Source: a virus (taxonomy: Duplodnaviria > Caudoviricetes). Taken from it: a stretch of 41,322 nucleotides of DNA. Below, piece by piece: positions 8,444 through 18,075 of this stretch. Where the stretch lies: positions 1-41,322 of IMG/VR virus record IMGVR_UViG_3300033493_000004. One strand, written 5' to 3'. Position 1 is the stretch's first letter; each line of letters opens with the position of its first letter. The translations under genes were made by a program, and so were the position numbers. A model generated the notes under the pieces. The model saw only the letters and a list, made by a program, of their open reading frames with translations, searched no databases and had not been told where the DNA came from.

Positions 8444-8799
8444 AAATACTTTGTATGCTACTTTTGGCAGGGTGCACGATAGTCGAGGACTATCCTGATC
8501 CTAAAATCGAAGACGCAGGAGAGTCGAACGAAGAATGTCTAGAACGATGCACGGCGCTCGACACAGAAGCCTGCAAACAATGCGACCTGTTTACCTGTAC
8601 AGGCCAGCGTGTTGAGTGTAGGACCGATTGTAAGGAGACATGCTCTGTATCGACACTTGAAACTCTGTACTACTGCATCGCAGACGCGGTTAGCAAAGAG
8701 ATGCAAACGCAATGCTTCTTTGAGTACTGCGTCGAAGCGGGCAAGTGTCAAGAGCTTGATCGGCTTGCGGTTCAGTATTATATGAAATACTGCGACTAA
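8440..8799 (+). CDS. Cys-rich lipoprotein
   Basis: GGAGGGAG SD; MKILCMLLLAGC lipobox; 13 further Cys in the mature part. Confidence 0.75.
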   Translation: MKILCMLLLAGCTIVEDYPDPKIEDAGESNEECLERCTALDTEACKQCDLFTCTGQRVECRTDCKETCSVSTLETLYYCIADAVSKEMQTQCFFEYCVEAGKCQELDRLAVQYYMKYCD

Positions 8800-9113
8800 T
8801 CGAACAGGTACTTTAGAAACACCGCAATCGCGAGACCGAAACCGGTCAACGCTGTTGCAACGTTTCGTTTCGTCATGACTCTCCTACGCTTACCCGGGGC
8901 AGGAATCCAAGAGACCATACCTGACCCCTGACCCTTTCGGCAAAGCTCAGCATGCTTTCTTATGCCAGCTTCGATGGCATTGTTTACCGCAGTCGGCTGC
9001 TCTTTGACCAAAGCCTTTAGCTCTGCGACGTCGGTCATGAGCTTGAACATGCCGTCTGTAAGAGTCTTAACAAGGTCGCTGTGTATGCGAACCGAGGCTG
9101 TGTCTTCCTTCAT
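8796..9113 (-). CDS. Holin-like or XhlA-like membrane protein
   Basis: N-terminal coiled coil and one C-terminal TM helix; last gene of the late operon. Confidence 0.5.
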   Translation of the reverse strand: MKEDTASVRIHSDLVKTLTDGMFKLMTDVAELKALVKEQPTAVNNAIEAGIRKHAELCRKGQGSGMVSWIPAPGKRRRVMTKRNVATALTGFGLAIAVFLKYLFD

Positions 9114-10270
9114 AGATTCTCGCTTTCCAGCTCATCTGGTGTGTGCCACTCCCAAAGAGATACAGTGTGAACCACAATGCTTTCCCCAGACGGGCAATCA
9201 ACTTCAACGATTATGCGATCACCAGTCGGCGCTACCAACAGACCACTAACCAGTGTATCGCCGGCGCCGTCCGTCGGATCAACTAGTACGTTCGTTAACG
9301 CGCCGGCCGCGGTGAATGTCCAAGCATCACCAGCGGTGGCGCTTCGCAGTCGCACCGCACAGTCCGCCGCAGAAGCAGTGATGACAAGGGCTGGGAGTGT
9401 GCAGATGTTTTCAGCGCTGCCTCGAAGGTTACGAGGTATAGCTTTATATTCACCTACCAGCGCCGATGTAGCCGAGCTTCGAATCTCGGTCCAATCCATC
9501 CCGAGTTCGCCGGCTACTGTATAGGCGCCTGTAGGGTAGATCGTTTGAAACATGCACCGTCTTGTGTGGTGCCACAAAGACAGGTTCGTAGTGCTGTTGT
9601 GCAGGCAGTGAAGAATCGCACCCAATGAAGTCCCATAATTAGAGTCGTAGCCGCGTATTGTCTCCCCCGGCGCGAAGGTGCTCGCTGTAAGGTATAGGTT
9701 GTAAGCGTCTGTTAGGGTCTTCTGCGGCAACGACCACAGACCAATCCCGGCAACGAGCATGTTTGTCGCCACAAGCTTCGAGGCAACGAACCTATTGTTC
9801 GAAGCAGATGGCGTTACGGTCAGGTACCCAAGTTGATAGGACCCGCCGCTTGGGGGCTCGTCGTATTCGTCTGATGTGTCGTTTTGGTAGTCGCGACTAA
9901 ATATCGTCGTAGTCGGCGAACCATCCGCTATACCTGCGTACCAAGCAAGCGTCTGCGTAACCGCTGCCGTGCCTGTGTTAAACGCGTAGCAGCAAACATT
10001 TCCGCCCAAATATGCAGTGTTCGTCGGGTAGAGGTATGGGAAGCATGTGATCGGATAAAACACTGAAGCGAGGTTCCCATTTGTCGCGGCGTCTGGTTCT
10101 CCAACGTAACTTGCGAGGTACTGGTTACGAGCCCATGCGCGTTTGTGCTGTAGACTTGCTCGGAGCGCATCAAGTACGTCACTTCTCGGCATCATACCAA
10201 CGCGGCAAAGACCTGCGTTTGCGTACCGCGGTGCGTCTATATGTTTAGGGGCTGTCAAAATGATCCCCAA
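9110..10270 (-). CDS. Putative tail or receptor-binding structural protein
   Basis: 386-aa beta-rich ORF at the distal end of the tail module. Confidence 0.55.
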   Translation of the reverse strand: MGIILTAPKHIDAPRYANAGLCRVGMMPRSDVLDALRASLQHKRAWARNQYLASYVGEPDAATNGNLASVFYPITCFPYLYPTNTAYLGGNVCCYAFNTGTAAVTQTLAWYAGIADGSPTTTIFSRDYQNDTSDEYDEPPSGGSYQLGYLTVTPSASNNRFVASKLVATNMLVAGIGLWSLPQKTLTDAYNLYLTASTFAPGETIRGYDSNYGTSLGAILHCLHNSTTNLSLWHHTRRCMFQTIYPTGAYTVAGELGMDWTEIRSSATSALVGEYKAIPRNLRGSAENICTLPALVITASAADCAVRLRSATAGDAWTFTAAGALTNVLVDPTDGAGDTLVSGLLVAPTGDRIIVEVDCPSGESIVVHTVSLWEWHTPDELESENL

Positions 10271-10878
10271 GCTGGCGTCGAAAACGATTGCATCTTATAA
10301 GACATGACATTCATATTGTCACAGGCGAGAACCATAAGAAGATACGCCGACAGGCTTGCGTGCTTGTTGTAAATCCGATAAGCGCTTCCTGTCGCGAAGA
10401 GCTCGAAGTCTGCATCGCGTTGCGGCTCCGGCTCATCGAAGTCAAGCTCATGGATAGAAGAGTTCATAAACGCCAAGAGTTCGTCTGTGTCGTTTGCCGC
10501 GAAGTCCGGGTCGTATCTCGTTATCGTGTTAGCGAACATCGGTAGCCGGTCCGCTGTATTAAGCACCCCCTGGTAGGCCTGCGGAAGGTGTGGTTTAAGA
10601 GCGGCGTCACCACTGCGTACCGTTGTCCACGCGGAAACAGACCCAGCAACATCTTTGTGATCGCCAGTCCAGTGCCAAGACACATCTACTGTGTGTCCTG
10701 CCGCAATAACAATCTGTGAGTCAATCGTTACCGGTGCGAGGTCATTTCCACGCGACCAATGAGGGCACTGATACGGAATGAGCATAGGAAGCGTAAGAAG
10801 AACTTCATCCGGTCCTTCTACTTGCCCGCCTAACTCGATGCCGCCATTGGCGGCTGTGATCGACCCGGCAAGCGTCAT
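10255..10878 (-). CDS. Putative minor tail protein
   Basis: ATGA-coupled to the large tail gene; positional call. Confidence 0.55.
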   Translation of the reverse strand: MTLAGSITAANGGIELGGQVEGPDEVLLTLPMLIPYQCPHWSRGNDLAPVTIDSQIVIAAGHTVDVSWHWTGDHKDVAGSVSAWTTVRSGDAALKPHLPQAYQGVLNTADRLPMFANTITRYDPDFAANDTDELLAFMNSSIHELDFDEPEPQRDADFELFATGSAYRIYNKHASLSAYLLMVLACDNMNVMSYKMQSFSTPAWGSF

Positions 10879-13800
10879 GTACACACCGCCGTGATTTTAG
10901 AGTTCCCACTGTAGTCAGTCGCTATGCCATCTTCGTCACAGAGGAAGGCCCAAATCTTTTGATGCAACGCAAGATTCTGGTCGTCGTATTCAGAGAAGTA
11001 AACAACGTAGTCCCCCGAGGCGTCATCGAAATTAGTCATGTCGTCCAAAGTGATCTCGCAGGTTCCCGCGGCGCCGTCGATACTCCCGATAGACCCGCGC
11101 CAGTATGTTGTTGCGTCGTGGACACTCTGCTTACGCTTCAGAACTATCACGCGGTAGTCACCGCATGAACAGGTCATCGCGCGAACCTCTCCTGTTTCAG
11201 GGGAGTAGGTAAGACAGTCGAACATCTCTAAGTCAGTGAGGCCACCTGTAGTCGGCGCGAAGTTGTTGTCCGCCGGGTCGGTTACAAGGCCCGTCAGAGT
11301 GATAACTCCCGCCGTACTCAGCACCGCATTTGTGTGAGAGAAGTACATCGAAGGCGCTATGGCCCTCGTAGGCTTCGGACAAAGGCGAATTGTCGCAGAC
11401 GGGTCTACAGGGTCCAAGTCTACAGCAATAACTTTCCCAACGAGTTCGGAAGCGCCATAGACGCCTGTATCAGTGTCAAGAATACATTCAGAGGTAAGGA
11501 GTATCTCTTTCCCGACAGCGAGCTTCGTTAAAGCAGCTGTGACACAAGACAGTTTTTGTGTGTTCGGGACGAACATTAACCGAGACAGCATGGTTGCTAG
11601 ATTTCCGTTTAACGCGGGAATGCTTTCCTCTTGGACCACGGTAATGATGTCATTGAACTTCAGCGTCTTCGCGGTTTTCGAAACGTCTGCATACGGTGAC
11701 TTAACGATTGCCTTATTTGGCCCCGCGATAAACCCATTCGGCGTTACCCGTATAACTACGCATTCGTACTCTATTCGTCCGACAAGATAAGTGCCACCAA
11801 GAGTAATTGGCGCTGCTTTACCCATAACGAGATCGTCGTTCGTTATTGCTCGCCCTTCCCGTGCGGCTGTAGTTATTGAGTCACTACCAATTTCAACGAA
11901 GGTTATCCACCATGCGCGTTGTGTTTCGTTGTACTGCCAGGCCATTTGCAGACGGTGCGTGAACAGCACAGCATTAAGAAGATCAAGAAGCGTGTTCGTG
12001 CCGTAATCGTCCGATGAAGACGAGCCTATTAGATACCTGTAAAATGCACCTGGTATCTGGCCGCCCGTATACTGATTGAAAGTGTCCCAGTCGATAAGCG
12101 TTCTGTCAAAAGTCCCAGTCTGACCTACCGCGTCGGGGATGTTGTCAAGCGTATACTGCCTAGGAATAGCTGGAACGCTTGCGTCGCCTGTCTTACCAAG
12201 CAGCGCTCTGAATAAGTCGCTAGGACGCTGACTGAACACTTCAGAGTAAACGTGCATCTTCCAGGGGTCATCCTCGTGGATGTCTTTGCGGTACCAAAGA
12301 GGTATGCCGAGACGAATCGGCCAGGTCTGACCTTGTGCAATCATCGCAGTCTTGAGTTTTGGAACACCCGAAGAAGGTTCTTCAAGCGCGTACGGCGCCG
12401 CGTTGACCATTTCCGCATAGTCCATTCCGCGGGTTGAGTTCGTCCCAACGTTTGCGACCTTGCCGTACACGGCTATTGGGAATCCGTCTCGAAGTTTTGC
12501 AGGGTCGCCGAAGCAAAGGATGTCGTCTACGAGCAAATCAGTTACGTCTTCTGACTTGAAATAAAGCCTGTATTCTGAATCAATCGTTGTAAGCGGAATC
12601 GTACCCGCGCATTTCTTCCATTCGTCGTCAATCGTCGTGTCATCAATCGCCCAGTCATACCAATACTCGCAAGCGTATTCGGGGCAGATTAGCTCTTTCG
12701 CATCCTTCCACGGCGGCAACTCTTCGCCAAGTCGATAACTGATACCGCCCCAAGTATAGCTTCCTCCGAACCAGTGCCAATTTGGACTGTTCTGATACGG
12801 CGCATAGTTTTCATAATTCACGCAACCAAGCAGCACCCAAGGCCACCAACGGAAGGGTCTGTATCCGGTCGGCATAAATGGGGAGATATCCATATGTGGC
12901 TTGTACTCTTCCGCTACCCACTTCCATCCGCAGATGAGCGGGATTCGGCCGCCAGCAACTACTTGGCCGTTCTTTATTGACCCACCAACGTATCTGTTGT
13001 AAACGAGATGCCCTCCGACAACAGCATAGTCATAGTAAAGAGTCTCTGTTGAATTGAGCGTAGATGTGCCTGCTTTTATCTTGAATATCTCATCCTGTAC
13101 AGCCGTGTTTAGGTCTTCAACTGTGTTAAAAAACACGCTGTCATTCTCAGCGCACAGCCATATTACGCATTCATGCGGCCAAGCGGCGAGCTCTGTGTCA
13201 GTGGGGTCAGGCGCTGGGGAGTCATAATCCTCGACCAGTATCAAATGCGGCGCGCAGCAACGCCAAGCGTGTGGCGTGTCAAGGAATGAGTCTATCCCAA
13301 CCTTCGCGTCATCATTTGGCCTCGTAAGCGAGATGCCTTGTAGCGTACCTTCGAAGGTGCTTACCGGCAACTCTTGCTCTAACAAGCTTAGCCAGCTTGA
13401 ATTCGTTATCTTCCAGTCAGCCGCGTTTGAGACCGCGTTAGTAAGAACTCTCCCAGACCTGAGGATTATAGGCTCCTTGTCAGGTTCAGCGATGGTTCCG
13501 GACTCGGTGAGCTCGATGGCGTAGAGGTAAGAGTTGAAGCCAACGAAACCGTTAAGAGGAACGCTACCGACGAGCACTTGGTCTAAGCCCTGCATGGGCT
13601 TTGGGACATAGCTCTTTTTGGTCTTCAGAATGTTTTGAACGGCGCACACCGAGTCGGTGCCACTCGTTGAGCGACTCGAAATCATCAAGCACTGATTACG
13701 CAACCACACATACGGATAGTTTGTAGCGGCGATCTGTGCATCTATCCAAGCGTCCATCAAGGCGTTACTCGCATACCGTATAACACTCGACGCAGACGCC

Positions 13801-14207
13801 GGGTAAGAGGATGTCAACCTAGCCCGGTACACATTAGCAGCGTCAATTACCGGCCTGATATCAAGGCCTAGTAATCCTTGTCGGCCGGACGCATAATGCT
13901 TCGAGAAATCAGCCGGGCCGGCTTGACGCTGAAAAGATACCGTCCACGAGTCAGCAGACAGACCGCCTGACTCTGTGTACTGTACCGAGTACCCGCCTAT
14001 GTCAGGGTCAAGACCAGGCAGCAGCACAACGTTATCCGCAGGGTAAAAGTCACCGTAGTACGTAGCGCCGAAGAGCTTACGCCTGTAAGCCGTTGTCATG
14101 TTGGTTACGAGTTCGGGGCGTGAACAAACAGCCCATGGAGACCCGGCGATGTGGTACAAGTAGGCGAGGTTTACGTTACGGCCTTTCAAGTAGTCTTGGA
14201 AAATCAT
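10875..14207 (-). CDS. Large tail tip or hub protein
   Basis: 1110-aa ORF two genes downstream of the tape measure gene. Confidence 0.65.
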   Translation of the reverse strand: MIFQDYLKGRNVNLAYLYHIAGSPWAVCSRPELVTNMTTAYRRKLFGATYYGDFYPADNVVLLPGLDPDIGGYSVQYTESGGLSADSWTVSFQRQAGPADFSKHYASGRQGLLGLDIRPVIDAANVYRARLTSSYPASASSVIRYASNALMDAWIDAQIAATNYPYVWLRNQCLMISSRSTSGTDSVCAVQNILKTKKSYVPKPMQGLDQVLVGSVPLNGFVGFNSYLYAIELTESGTIAEPDKEPIILRSGRVLTNAVSNAADWKITNSSWLSLLEQELPVSTFEGTLQGISLTRPNDDAKVGIDSFLDTPHAWRCCAPHLILVEDYDSPAPDPTDTELAAWPHECVIWLCAENDSVFFNTVEDLNTAVQDEIFKIKAGTSTLNSTETLYYDYAVVGGHLVYNRYVGGSIKNGQVVAGGRIPLICGWKWVAEEYKPHMDISPFMPTGYRPFRWWPWVLLGCVNYENYAPYQNSPNWHWFGGSYTWGGISYRLGEELPPWKDAKELICPEYACEYWYDWAIDDTTIDDEWKKCAGTIPLTTIDSEYRLYFKSEDVTDLLVDDILCFGDPAKLRDGFPIAVYGKVANVGTNSTRGMDYAEMVNAAPYALEEPSSGVPKLKTAMIAQGQTWPIRLGIPLWYRKDIHEDDPWKMHVYSEVFSQRPSDLFRALLGKTGDASVPAIPRQYTLDNIPDAVGQTGTFDRTLIDWDTFNQYTGGQIPGAFYRYLIGSSSSDDYGTNTLLDLLNAVLFTHRLQMAWQYNETQRAWWITFVEIGSDSITTAAREGRAITNDDLVMGKAAPITLGGTYLVGRIEYECVVIRVTPNGFIAGPNKAIVKSPYADVSKTAKTLKFNDIITVVQEESIPALNGNLATMLSRLMFVPNTQKLSCVTAALTKLAVGKEILLTSECILDTDTGVYGASELVGKVIAVDLDPVDPSATIRLCPKPTRAIAPSMYFSHTNAVLSTAGVITLTGLVTDPADNNFAPTTGGLTDLEMFDCLTYSPETGEVRAMTCSCGDYRVIVLKRKQSVHDATTYWRGSIGSIDGAAGTCEITLDDMTNFDDASGDYVVYFSEYDDQNLALHQKIWAFLCDEDGIATDYSGNSKITAVCT

Positions 14208-15130
14208 GTTGGCGGGTCTGCTATAGTTACGCCTAAATGCGTCCAGGTTGGCGCAGTTGCGGTAACGACATCTACTTTCAGAGAGTGGTAATCACGACCC
14301 CTTGGTAGAAAATGATCCGGCTCACTCAACCGAGGTTGTGGAACACACCATGTGTAATAATCTGCACCTGATAAAATGTCGTAAAGAATGCCGCCGCTTC
14401 CTGTCGTGTCATCAACAACAGGTGCAGAAGGGTAATCGCTTATCAAATCTGTACCGTCGTTAACGAAGTAGAAACCATTACACGGACAACCCGCGGAAGC
14501 GGTAACGGTAGGCTGCGCGTTAATAGCACCCCGCAAAAACTCTTCCCAACTACGCTCTGCATATGGGTGATAGTCTGCACTGCTTATTGTGTAGACTGGA
14601 TAACTGTCTTGGTCGTAGTAAGACAGCTCGTTACATTCCCAAGCCAATTCACGGCTGTATATATGCGGGTTCTCTCGCACCCCTGAAAGAGACCCAGACT
14701 TAGATAAATTACCGCGGAAGTCTTCCATACTGAACCAACGACTGCGATTGCTTAGGTTATGTGGAGAAAAGAAACAATACAACGGTGGGTAATCTGCTGT
14801 ATACGCGGACGACCCTGAATGAGAACTTATATCGTCGAAGCCCAATACGCGCGCCAACAAAGCATCTTGAAACTGATAAGTGAATGATGACTCACTTGAT
14901 ATCTTTACTTTTATTTTACCTGTTGACCCGTCTTCGGCCATCGTTAAACGTGCCGCAATTGAATAGCCTTCAAGCGCGTCGTTTATGTGTTTGATTAACT
15001 GTCTGACAGAACCATAAACACCATTGCCGACAACGACGCCGCGAGAGCTTACAGTCATTGACCTGCTTTCCCAATCCGTTGCACCTGCTGTTATCTCAAC
15101 AGGTCGAAGCAGTGCCTGCCAAACTGTCAC
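14204..15130 (-). CDS. Putative distal tail protein
   Basis: Directly follows the tape measure gene with GTGA overlap; positional call. Confidence 0.55.
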   Translation of the reverse strand: MTVWQALLRPVEITAGATDWESRSMTVSSRGVVVGNGVYGSVRQLIKHINDALEGYSIAARLTMAEDGSTGKIKVKISSESSFTYQFQDALLARVLGFDDISSHSGSSAYTADYPPLYCFFSPHNLSNRSRWFSMEDFRGNLSKSGSLSGVRENPHIYSRELAWECNELSYYDQDSYPVYTISSADYHPYAERSWEEFLRGAINAQPTVTASAGCPCNGFYFVNDGTDLISDYPSAPVVDDTTGSGGILYDILSGADYYTWCVPQPRLSEPDHFLPRGRDYHSLKVDVVTATAPTWTHLGVTIADPPT

Positions 15131-17037
15131 GCGGCTACCGCCAATCCACGCCGGCCTTGTTGCGCACGTTCGACGGCTCGTGTCTCCACAGCGTTATAAA
15201 GCGTGTTACCATCGACGATCAACGTGTTCGTAATCGAGATGCTTTCGGGCTCTGCGGATCGCGTCGCGCCTGTTCCTGCCGCCATTGATGCACCAGATGC
15301 ACTTGTCCCTTTGCCTTTGTTATACCCACCTGAGGCGGCGTGACCCGCTGCCGCGATGCCGAACATTACGGCAGCCGTGGCAAAAGCCTCAACACCTGCC
15401 GCCGTATGAACCGCCCCTTGTGCCGACCCAGACCCAAACGGCATTGCATAGTAGGTTGCGGCCTTTACCATTTCAAGCAAACCAAGGACAATCGCTTGTG
15501 ATGCACCACCGATTGCGGCATCACGAACCATTGCGGCTATCATTCGCCCAAACGATTTCTCGCCCATCACAGCGGCTTTAACAGTCGCTGCGACAGATGA
15601 GTTTAGAAGCCCCATGGCCGTGTTGGCTGCAATGCCGCCAGACGTCATCCCGGCGAAGGCGCTCTCCCAAGCAAGTTTAAACTCTTCAGCGAAGCCTATT
15701 TCTCTTTCAGTCTTCGCTCGGATGTACTCTAGCCGCTGCTCCTCGTAGATTCGCACTTTCTCTTCATGATCTATTTCAGCGTCCCACAGTTCTTGTTTCT
15801 CTTCGAGTGTCAACGCGTCTGGGTCAAACTGAGACAGCTCAAGCTTCTGCCGCAGCATTTCAAGATGCTCGGCATAGGCATCGTTGAACATGAGTTGCGC
15901 ATCCGAAGCGGCTTTGATGGCTTCAGCGTCGAGGGCGCCTCCCATCGCTTCGAACTCCTCGCCCATTCCTGGAGCCTTCCGCCAATCCATAGCGTCCCGT
16001 AGGAAAGGCTCGAAGATGCCAAACTCAGTCTCCTCTACTGTAAACTCCATCTCGCTTTCGGTAACTTTGCCTTTACCGCCACCTGCTCCACGACCGGCTC
16101 TTTTGTTCCCTGGTTCGGAAGCCTTCTGCCTCATCGCGGCGGCTGCCACAGTTCCGTATTGGTAGTCACGCGAACTCTGAAAGCCCCCCTCAATATTTTT
16201 CGTGATTCCTTTTAATGCTCCTTTAGCATTACCGCCGGTAAGCGCGTCTATCGCACCCGCGGCTACTGTCAAAGCAGGCAACAGACCGTTCCAGATGTCT
16301 TCCGCTGTTGACTCCAAGAAACCGCTAAAAGATGCACCGACTTGTGGCGCATCAAGCAAAGCGTTCTTAAACTCGTCTAAAGTAGCCGAAGCTGAACCTA
16401 GGGCAGCATTAAAAGAGTCTGTGTTGTTAACAAGCGCCAGCATCGCTGCCGGCGCGTCGTCTAACGCATTCGAGAAGCTACGAATCGCCTTGTCAACGTT
16501 GTCAACGTTTATCTCGATGTCCTTGGCCTTGTATATCAGAGCCTCGGTAACTACTTTTCGAAATTCCTCTGTGTTCTTTGACCCTGTTTTTACTTCGATG
16601 CCGTACTCACGCAACGCACGGACGGCCCTAGGTGAGCCTTTAACCACGCCGTCGATTAGCGTGTTCATCCGCGCTGCCGCATCCTCACCAGACTCGCCAA
16701 GCTTCTCAGACATGTCAACAGAGATTTTTCCAATGGCGGCTAAGGTCTCTTTGTAGTTTGGGAGACCAGCCACAGACAGTTTCTGCGCTGCCCGAATCTG
16801 GTCTAATGAGTCAAGCAACCCACCTGTTGCTTTTCCCAGCGCGTCTGCGGCATACCTCTGCTCGTCGGACATGTTCGAGTAAGCGCGGGACAAAGGAAGT
16901 AGGTCTTGCTGAACATAGTTTACAGCAGCGCGCAACGCGATGAATCCCGCTGTAAGCTTCGCGATGCCACCGACAGACGACGTCACGCCGACAGAACCGA
17001 TTTTGAAGATGACGTCTTGTGTTACAGGTGTGCTCAT
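15127..17037 (-). CDS. Tail tape measure protein
   Basis: Ala/Gly-rich helical 636-aa ORF; ALREYGI motif; C-terminal ITNTLIVDG; follows tail tube and chaperones. Confidence 0.8.
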   Translation of the reverse strand: MSTPVTQDVIFKIGSVGVTSSVGGIAKLTAGFIALRAAVNYVQQDLLPLSRAYSNMSDEQRYAADALGKATGGLLDSLDQIRAAQKLSVAGLPNYKETLAAIGKISVDMSEKLGESGEDAAARMNTLIDGVVKGSPRAVRALREYGIEVKTGSKNTEEFRKVVTEALIYKAKDIEINVDNVDKAIRSFSNALDDAPAAMLALVNNTDSFNAALGSASATLDEFKNALLDAPQVGASFSGFLESTAEDIWNGLLPALTVAAGAIDALTGGNAKGALKGITKNIEGGFQSSRDYQYGTVAAAAMRQKASEPGNKRAGRGAGGGKGKVTESEMEFTVEETEFGIFEPFLRDAMDWRKAPGMGEEFEAMGGALDAEAIKAASDAQLMFNDAYAEHLEMLRQKLELSQFDPDALTLEEKQELWDAEIDHEEKVRIYEEQRLEYIRAKTEREIGFAEEFKLAWESAFAGMTSGGIAANTAMGLLNSSVAATVKAAVMGEKSFGRMIAAMVRDAAIGGASQAIVLGLLEMVKAATYYAMPFGSGSAQGAVHTAAGVEAFATAAVMFGIAAAGHAASGGYNKGKGTSASGASMAAGTGATRSAEPESISITNTLIVDGNTLYNAVETRAVERAQQGRRGLAVAA

Positions 17038-17324
17038 ATGTTTTCCGGTTCAAGCATCTCTATGCACGGTGTTAACGAAATTGACAAATCCGGGTACACT
17101 TCTTTCAGCGCGACACCAACCATCGACAGCTCTCGTGTTATCGAATCGAGGGGCTCCGATTTCTCTGTTATCTCAAATAAGAGAGCAGCCGCCATCGCTT
17201 CCGCAAATTTCTTCCGGTCCTCTTCAGACCACGTAAGCACATCTTCGTTTGCATCTTCGGGCGGAATGAAATCTAAATCGACTGCCCTTTTAATAAACAG
17301 GCAAGCCGTCTGGTACACCTTCAT
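17034..17324 (-). CDS. Hypothetical protein between tail chaperones and tape measure
   Basis: Coupled by 4-bp overlaps on both sides. Confidence 0.6.
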   Translation of the reverse strand: MKVYQTACLFIKRAVDLDFIPPEDANEDVLTWSEEDRKKFAEAMAAALLFEITEKSEPLDSITRELSMVGVALKEVYPDLSISLTPCIEMLEPENI

Positions 17325-17686
17325 TTATTGTGCTCTCTCATTTTCTGGCATTGTCCGGCATTGAGCCCACGATCAAGCTGCTCGACGGCTTTAATCACGA
17401 TTACAGGAACGCCATTTGGGAACACAAGGCCTAACTGCCCTCTGTCCCAATGTGATCTGTAGTCCCATGCATCTCTAATTGCAGGCGATATGCGTAGGTA
17501 GTCGCGGCATGAGACTAGGTACCGATTAAGAGGGTTGATGAATTGCGCGATGCCGCCGCATTCACGATACGCTTCTTCTGCGTTGACTAACTTGAACTCG
17601 CATTTGTGGCCGAATGGGCAGACATCGCACGCAAGAGTTGTGCTTCCCGTCTGTAGTCCTTCCAACCATCCGGCAACGAAAAAGGG
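17321..17686 (-). CDS. Tail assembly chaperone T segment (read by -1 frameshift; G-T fusion about 251 aa)
   Basis: Open -1 frame beginning at the slippery site and reading FVAGWLEGLQTGS...; no good own start. Confidence 0.75.
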   Translation of the reverse strand, partial: PFFVAGWLEGLQTGSTTLACDVCPFGHKCEFKLVNAEEAYRECGGIAQFINPLNRYLVSCRDYLRISPAIRDAWDYRSHWDRGQLGLVFPNGVPVIVIKAVEQLDRGLNAGQCQKMREHNK

Positions 17687-18075
17687 ATCGCCTCACCATC
17701 CCGTGAGGCAAACTGGATAACAAGATTCGCGATTTCGTTTACCACGTCACGAGGGTAGCACTTCATGCTTTCATCTGAGAGAAACTGCTTGTTGTTTGGC
17801 GCTGTGTCGAAGGCCACCCATTGCGGCGGCACGTTCTCAACCTTTTTAACGTAATATTGAAACAATATTGCGGGCGATTCCGTAAGATGCTCATGCTCTT
17901 GCTTCAACGGGGTTAGCGTAAACACTGCCGGCAATTCGTCAACAAACTTACCCTCGATCAAAGAGTAATCGCGCGTGAGTCCGTACCGTAGCACAAGCGT
18001 CTGCTCGATTTGCTGTAGTGCCGGGTCATACAAAGACACAACTTTTTTATCAGCCGCCAAACGTTGTCGAAGCAT
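17587..18075 (-). CDS. Tail assembly chaperone G
   Basis: Follows tail tube gene; contains in-phase C CCT TTT heptamer. Confidence 0.75.
   Translation of the reverse strand: MLRQRLAADKKVVSLYDPALQQIEQTLVLRYGLTRDYSLIEGKFVDELPAVFTLTPLKQEHEHLTESPAILFQYYVKKVENVPPQWVAFDTAPNNKQFLSDESMKCYPRDVVNEIANLVIQFASRDGEAIPFSLPDGWKDYRREAQLLRAMSAHSATNASSS
17680..17686 (-). promoter_or_regulatory. Programmed -1 ribosomal frameshift heptamer CCCTTTT
   Basis: ATC CCT TTT TCG in the G frame fits X XXY YYZ; the -1 frame is the downstream ORF. Confidence 0.8.
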
